In this document: in pieces, positions 57,160-64,000 of the stretch
Layout of the letters: each line of letters starts with the position of its first letter
How positions within the stretch are numbered: the stretch's first letter is position 1
Assembly: GCA_964016885.1 (NCBI GenBank)
Contig: OZ024741.1
Coordinates: 286,502,001-286,566,000 of the forward strand
DNA from: Eledone cirrhosa
Taxonomy: Eukaryota
DNA length: 64,000 nt
Reading direction: 5' to 3'
Made by a program: the position numbers and the translations under genes
Notes under the pieces: model-generated
What the model was told of the DNA's origin: nothing
Database searches by the model: none
The model's input: the letters and a program-made list of their open reading frames with translations, nothing else

Positions 57160-60100
57160 GGCTTTCCAACCACAATGTCCCAGGTTCTAACCCTACATTT
57201 GTTCTTTCCAACCACAATGTCCCAGGTTCTAACCCTACATTTGTTCTTTCCAACCACAATGTCCCAGGTTCTAACCCTACATTTGTTCTTTCCAACCACA
57301 ATGTCCCAGGTTCTAACCCTACATTTGTTCTTTCCAACCACAATGTCCCAGGTTCTAACCCTACATTTGTTCTTTCCAACCACAATGTCCCAGGTTCTAA
57401 CCCTACATTTGTTCTTTCCAACCACAATGTCCCAGGTTCTAACCCTATATTTCTTCTTTCCAACCACAATGTCCCAGGTTCTAACCCTACATTTGTGCTT
57501 TCCAACCACAATGTCCCAGGTTCTAACCCTACATTTGTTCTTTCCAACCACAATGTCCCAGGTTCTAACCCTACATTTGTTCTTTCCAACCACAATGTCC
57601 CAGGTTCTAACCCTACATTTGTTCTTTCCAACCACAATGTCCCAGGTTCTAACCCTATATTTCTTCTTTCCAACCACAATGTCCCAGGTTCTAACCCTAC
57701 ATTTGTTCTTTCCAACCACAATGTCCCAGGTTCTAACCCTACATTTGTTCTTTCCAACCACAATGTCCCAGGTTCTAACCCTACATTTGTGCTTTCCAAC
57801 CACAATGTCCCAGGTTCTAACCCTACATTTGTGCTTTCCAACCACAATGTCCCAGGTTCTAACCCTACATTTGTTCTTTCCAACCACAATGTCCCAGTTT
57901 CTAACCCTACATTTATTCTTTCCAACCACAATGTCCTGGGTTCTAACCCTACATTTGTTCTTTGCCAACCACAATGTCCTGGGTTCTAACCCTACATTTG
58001 TTCTTTGCCAACCACGATGTCCCAGGTTCTAACCCTACATTTCTTCTTTCCAACTACAATGTCCCAGGTTCTAACCCTACATTTGTTCTTTCCAACCACA
58101 ATGTCCTGGGTTCTAACCCTACATTTGTTCTTTCCAACCACAATGTCCCAGGTTCTAACCCTACATTTGTTCTTTCCAACCACAATGTCCCAGGTTCTAA
58201 CCCTACATTTGTTCTTTCCAACCACAATGTCCCAGGTTCTAACCCTACATTTGTGCTTTCCAACCACAATGTCCCAGGTTCTAACCCTACATTTGTTCTT
58301 TCCAACCACAATGTCCTGGGTTCTAACCCTACATTTGTTCTTTCCAACCACAATGTCCTGGGTTCTAACCCTACATTTGTTCTTTCCAACCACAATGTCC
58401 CAGGTTCTAACCCTACATTTGTTCTTTCCAACCACAATGTCCCAGGTTCTAACCCTACATTTGTTCTTTCCAACCACAATGTCCCAGGTTCTAACCCTAC
58501 ATTTGTGCTTTCCAACCACAATGTCCCAGGTTCTAACCCTACATTTGTTCTTTCCAACCACAATATCCTAGCTTCTAACCCTACATTTGTTCTTTCCAAC
58601 CACAATGTCCTTGGTTCTAACCCTACATTTGTTCTTTCCAACCACAATGTCCTGGGTTCTAACCCTACATTTGTGCTTTCCAACCACAATGTCCCAGGTT
58701 CTAACCCTACATTTGTTCTTTCCAACCACAATGTCCCAGGTTCTAACCCTACATTTGTTCTTTCCAACCACAATGTCCCAGGTTCTAACCCTACATTTGT
58801 TCTTTCCAACCACAATGTCCCAGGTTCTAACCCTACATTTGTGCTTTCCAACCACAATGTCCCAGGTTCTAACCCTACATTTGTTCTTTCCAACCACAAT
58901 GTCCCAGGTTCTAACCCTACATTTGTTCTTTCCAACTACAATGTCCCAGGTTCTAACCCTACATTTGTGCTTTCCAACCACAATGTCCCAGGTTCTAACC
59001 CTACATTTGTTCTTTCCAACTACAATGTCCCAGGTTCTAACCCTACATTTGTTCTTTCCAACCACAATGTCCTGGGTTCTAACCCTACATTTGTTCTTTC
59101 CAACCACAATGTCCCAGGTTCTAACCCTACATTTCTTCTTTCCAACTACGATGTCCCAGGTTCTAACCCTACATTTGTTCTTTCCAACCACAATGTCCTG
59201 GGTTCTAACCCTACATTTGTTCTTTCCAACCACAATGTCCCAGGTTCTAACCCTACATTTGTTCTTTCCAACCACAATGTCCCAGGTTCTAACCCTACAT
59301 TTGTTCTTTCCAACCACAATGTCCCAGGTTCTAACCCTACATTTGTGCTTTCCAACCACAATGTCCCAGGTTCTAACCCTACATTTGTTCTTTCCAACCA
59401 CAATGTCCCAGGTTCTAACCCTACATTTGTTCTTTGCCAACCACAATGTCCCAGGTTCTAACCCTACATTTGTTCTTTCCAACTACAATGTCCTGGGTTC
59501 TAACCCTACATTTGTTCTTTCCAACCACAATGACCCAGGTTCTAACCCTACATTTGTGCTTTCCAACCACAATGTCCCAGGTTCTAATCCTACATTTGTT
59601 CTTTCCAACCACAATGTCCCAGGTTCTAACCCTACATTTGTGCTTTCCAACCACAATGTCCCAGGTTCTAACCCTACATTTGTTCTTTCCAACCACAATG
59701 TCCCAGGTTCTAACCCTACATTTGTTCTTTCCAACCACAATGTCCCAGGTTCTAACCCTACATTTGTTCTTTCCAACCACAATGTCCCAGGTTCTAACCC
59801 TATATTTCTTCTTTCCAACCACAATGTCCCAGGTTCTAACCCTACATTTCTTCTTTCCAACCACAATGTCCCAGGTTCTAACCCTACATTTGTTCTTTCC
59901 AACCACAATGTCCCAGGTTCTAACCCTACATTTGTGCTTTCCAACCACAATGTCCCAGGTTCTAACCCTACATTTGTGCTTTCCAACCACAATGTCCCAG
60001 GTTCTAACCCTACATTTGTTCTTTCCAACCACAATGTCCCAGTTTCTAACCCTACATTTATTCTTTCCAACCACAATGTCCTGGGTTCTAACCCTACATT

Positions 60101-63100
60101 TGTTCTTTGCCAACCACAATGTCCTGGGTTCTAACCCTACATTTGTTCTTTGCCAACCACGATGTCCCAGGTTCTAACCCTACATTTCTTCTTTCCAACT
60201 ACAATGTCCCAGGTTCTAACCCTACATTTGTTCTTTCCAACCACAATGTCCTGGGTTCTAACCCTACATTTGTTCTTTCCAACCACAATGTCCCAGGTTC
60301 TAACCCTACATTTGTTCTTTCCAACCACAATGTCCCAGGTTCTAACCCTACATTTGTTCTTTCCAACCACAATGTCCCAGGTTCTAACCCTACATTTGTG
60401 CTTTCCAACCACAATGTCCCAGGTTCTAACCCTACATTTGTTCTTTCCAACCACAATGTCCTGGGTTCTAACCCTACATTTGTTCTTTCCAACCACAATG
60501 TCCTGGGTTCTAACCCTACATTTGTTCTTTCCAACCACAATGTCCCAGGTTCTAACCCTACATTTGTTCTTTCCAACCACAATGTCCCAGGTTCTAACCC
60601 TACATTTGTTCTTTCCAACCACAATGTCCCAGGTTCTAACCCTACATTTGTGCTTTCCAACCACAATGTCCCAGGTTCTAACCCTACATTTGTTCTTTCC
60701 AACCACAATATCCTAGGTTCTAACCCTACATTTGTTCTTTCCAACCACAATGTCCTTGGTTCTAACCCTACATTTGTTCTTTCCAACCACAATGTCCTGG
60801 GTTCTAACCCTACATTTGTGCTTTCCAACCACAATGTCCCAGGTTCTAACCCTACATTTGTTCTTTCCAACCACAATGTCCCAGGTTCTAACCCTACATT
60901 TGTTCTTTCCAACCACAATGTCCCAGGTTCTAACCCTACATTTGTTCTTTCCAACCACAATGTCCCAGGTTCTAACCCTACATTTGTGCTTTCCAACCAC
61001 AATGTCCCAGGTTCTAACCCTACATTTGTTCTTTCCAACCACAATGTCCCAGGTTCTAACCCTACATTTGTTCTTTCCAACTACAATGTCCCAGGTTCTA
61101 ACCCTACATTTGTGCTTTCCAACCACAATGTCCCAGGTTCTAACCCTACATTTGTTCTTTCCAACTACAATGTCCCAGGTTCTAACCCTACATTTGTTCT
61201 TTCCAACCACAATGTCCTGGGTTCTAACCCTACATTTGTTCTTTCCAACCACAATGTCCCAGGTTCTAACCCTACATTTCTTCTTTCCAACTACGATGTC
61301 CCAGGTTCTAACCCTACATTTGTTCTTTCCAACCACAATGTCCTGGGTTCTAACCCTACATTTGTTCTTTCCAACCACAATGTCCCAGGTTCTAACCCTA
61401 CATTTGTTCTTTCCAACCACAATGTCCCAGGTTCTAACCCTACATTTGTTCTTTCCAACCACAATGTCCCAGGTTCTAACCCTACATTTGTGCTTTCCAA
61501 CCACAATGTCCCAGGTTCTAACCCTACATTTGTTCTTTCCAACCACAATGTCCCAGGTTCTAACCCTACATTTGTTCTTTGCCAACCACAATGTCCCAGG
61601 TTCTAACCCTACATTTGTTCTTTCCAACTACAATGTCCTGGGTTCTAACCCTACATTTGTTCTTTCCAACCACAATGACCCAGGTTCTAACCCTACATTT
61701 GTGCTTTCCAACCACAATGTCCCAGGTTCTAACCCTACATTTGTTCTTTCCAACCACAATGTCCCAGGTTCTAACCCTACATTTATTCTTTCCAACCACA
61801 ATGTCCCAGGTTCTAACCCTACATTTGTTCTTTCCAACCACAATGTCCCAGGTTCTAACCCTACATTTGTTCTTTCCAACTACAATGTCCCAGGTTCTAA
61901 CCCTACATTTGTTCTTTGCCAACCACAATGTCCTGTGTTCTAACCCTACATTTGTTCTTTGCCAACCACAATGTCCCAGGTTCTAACCCTACATTTCTTC
62001 TTTCCAACCACAATGTCCCAGGTTCTAACCCTACATTTATTCTTTCCAACCACAATGTCCCAGGTTCTAACCCTACATTTGTTCTTTCCAACCACAATGT
62101 CCTGGGTTCTAACCCTACATTTGTTCTTTCCAACCACAATGTCCCAGGTTCTAACCCTACATTTGTTCTTTCCAACCACAATGTCCCAGGTTCTAACCCT
62201 ACATTTGTTCTTTCCAACCACAATGTCCCAGGTTCTAACCCTACATTTGTGCTTTCCAACCACAATGTCCCAGGTTCTAACCCTACATTTGTTCTTTCCA
62301 ACCACAATGTCCCAGGTTCTAACCCTACATTTGTTCTTTGCCAACCACAATGTCCCAGGTTCTAACCCTACATTTCTTCTTTCCAACTACAATGTCCCAG
62401 GTTCTAACCCTACATATGTTCTTTCCAACCACAATGTCCTGGGTTCTAACCCTACATTTGTTCTTTCCAACCACAATGTCCCAGGTTCTAACCCTACATT
62501 TGTTCTTTCCAACCACAATGTCCCAGGTTCTAACCCTACATTTCTTCTTTCCAACCACAATGTCCCAGGTTATAACCCTACATTTGTTCTTTGCCAACCA
62601 CAATGTCCCAGGTTCTAACCCTACATTTGTTCTTTCCAACTACAATGTCCTGGGTTCTAACCCTACATTTATTCTTTCCAACCACAATGTCCTGGGTTCT
62701 AACCCTACATTTGTTCTTTCCAACCACAATGTCCCAGGTTCTAACCCTACATTTGTGCTTTCCAACCACAATGTCCCAGGTTCTAACCCTACATTTGTTC
62801 TTTCCAACCACAATGTCCCAGGTTCTAACCCTACATTTGTTCTTTGCCAACCACAATGTCCCAGGTTCTAACCCTACATTTGTTCTTTCCAACTACAATG
62901 TCCTGGGTTCTAACCCTACATTTATTCTTTCCAACCACAATGTCCTGGGTTCTAACCCTATATTTGTTCTTTGCCAACCACAATGTCCCAGGTTCTAACC
63001 CTACATTTCTTCTTATCAACTACAATGTCCCAGGTTCTAACCCTACATTTGTTCTTTCCAACCACAATGTCCCAGGTTCTAACCCTACATTTGTTCTTTC

Positions 63101-64000
63101 CAACCACAATGTCCCAGGTTCTAACCCTACATTTGTTCTTTCCAACCACAATGTCCTGGGTTATAACCCTACATTTGTTCTTTGCCAACCACAATGTCCC
63201 AGGTTCTAACCCTACATTTGTTCTTTCCAACCACAATGTCCCAGGTTCTAACCCTACATTTCTTCTTTCCAACCACAATGTCCCAGGTTCTAACCCTACA
63301 TTTGTTCTTTCCAACCACAATGTCCCAGGTTCTAACCCTACATTTGTGCTTTCCAACCACAATGTCCCAGGTTCTAACCCTACATTTATTCTTTCCAACC
63401 ACAATGTCCTGGGTTCTAACCCTACATTTGTTCTTTGCCAACCACAATATCCTGGGTTCTAACCCTACATTTGTTCTTTCCAACCACAATGTCCCAGGTT
63501 CTAACCCTACATTTGTTCTTTCCAACCACAATGTCCCAGGTTCTAACCCTACATTTCTTCTTTCCAACCACAATGTCCCAGGTTATAACCATACATTTGT
63601 TCTTTGCCAACCACAATGTCCCAGGTTCTAACCCTACATTTGTTCTTTCCAACTACAATGTCCTGGGTTCTAACCCTACATTTGTTCTTTCCAACCACAA
63701 TGTCCCAGGTTCTAACCCTACATTTGTGCTTTCCAACCACAATGTCCCAGGTTCTAACCCTACATTTGTTCTTTCCAACCACAATGTCCCAGGTTCTAAC
63801 CCTACATTTGTTCTTTGCCAACCACAATGTCCCAGGTTCTAACCCTACATTTGTTCTTTCCAACTACAATGTCCTGGGTTCTAACCCTACATTTATTCTT
63901 TCCAACCACAATGTCCTGGGTTCTAACCCTACATTTGTTCTTTGCCAACCACAATGTCCCAGGTTCTAACCCTACATTTCTTCTTATCAACTACAATGTC
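57160..64000. repeat. 42-bp satellite array (>160 monomers, runs off the window) with higher-order structure
   Basis: Monomer ccaaccacaatgtcccaggttctaaccctacatttgttcttt; 43-bp variants (tttgccaacc) recur at a 2145-bp period. Confidence 0.97.

Noticed and set aside
57134-64000. Long repetitive ORFs up to 515 aa
   Set aside because: Open in several frames on both strands because the 42-bp monomer lacks stops; broken by 43-bp variants; satellite DNA.

Overview
AT-rich eukaryotic (animal) non-coding DNA. The microsatellite load and SINE families point to a coleoid cephalopod, probably Octopus (inference). No host gene could be established, and nearly all ORF-track entries are translations of microsatellites or satellite DNA. 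Recognisable content: RTE-clade LINE pieces (one near-intact 3' part at 15799-17160), two decayed R4/Dong-type elements, an internally deleted Helitron with helicase remnants (48345-52296) plus a non-autonomous Helitron, many tRNA-derived SINEs, small DNA-transposon MITEs, and a 42-bp satellite with a 2145-bp higher-order repeat (57160 to the end). The main hidden signal lies in the short 'unique' islands between (TA)n tracts. They are about a dozen unrelated families of small non-coding elements carrying type I hammerhead ribozyme (HHR) motifs, most built as fold-back palindromes with a one-sided tail, the architecture of Penelope-like element (PLE) pseudo-LTR insertions. They include (i) a 466-nt HHR-bearing monomer in 2.4 apparently identical tandem copies, resembling a reverse-transcribed circular RNA (retrozyme-like), (ii) an 11-copy fold-back family that keeps only the 3' half of an HHR and has poly(T) at the fold-back point in two copies, and (iii) HHR cores with the U3-A8 compensatory pair. 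All structures were read by eye; ribozyme activity is untested.
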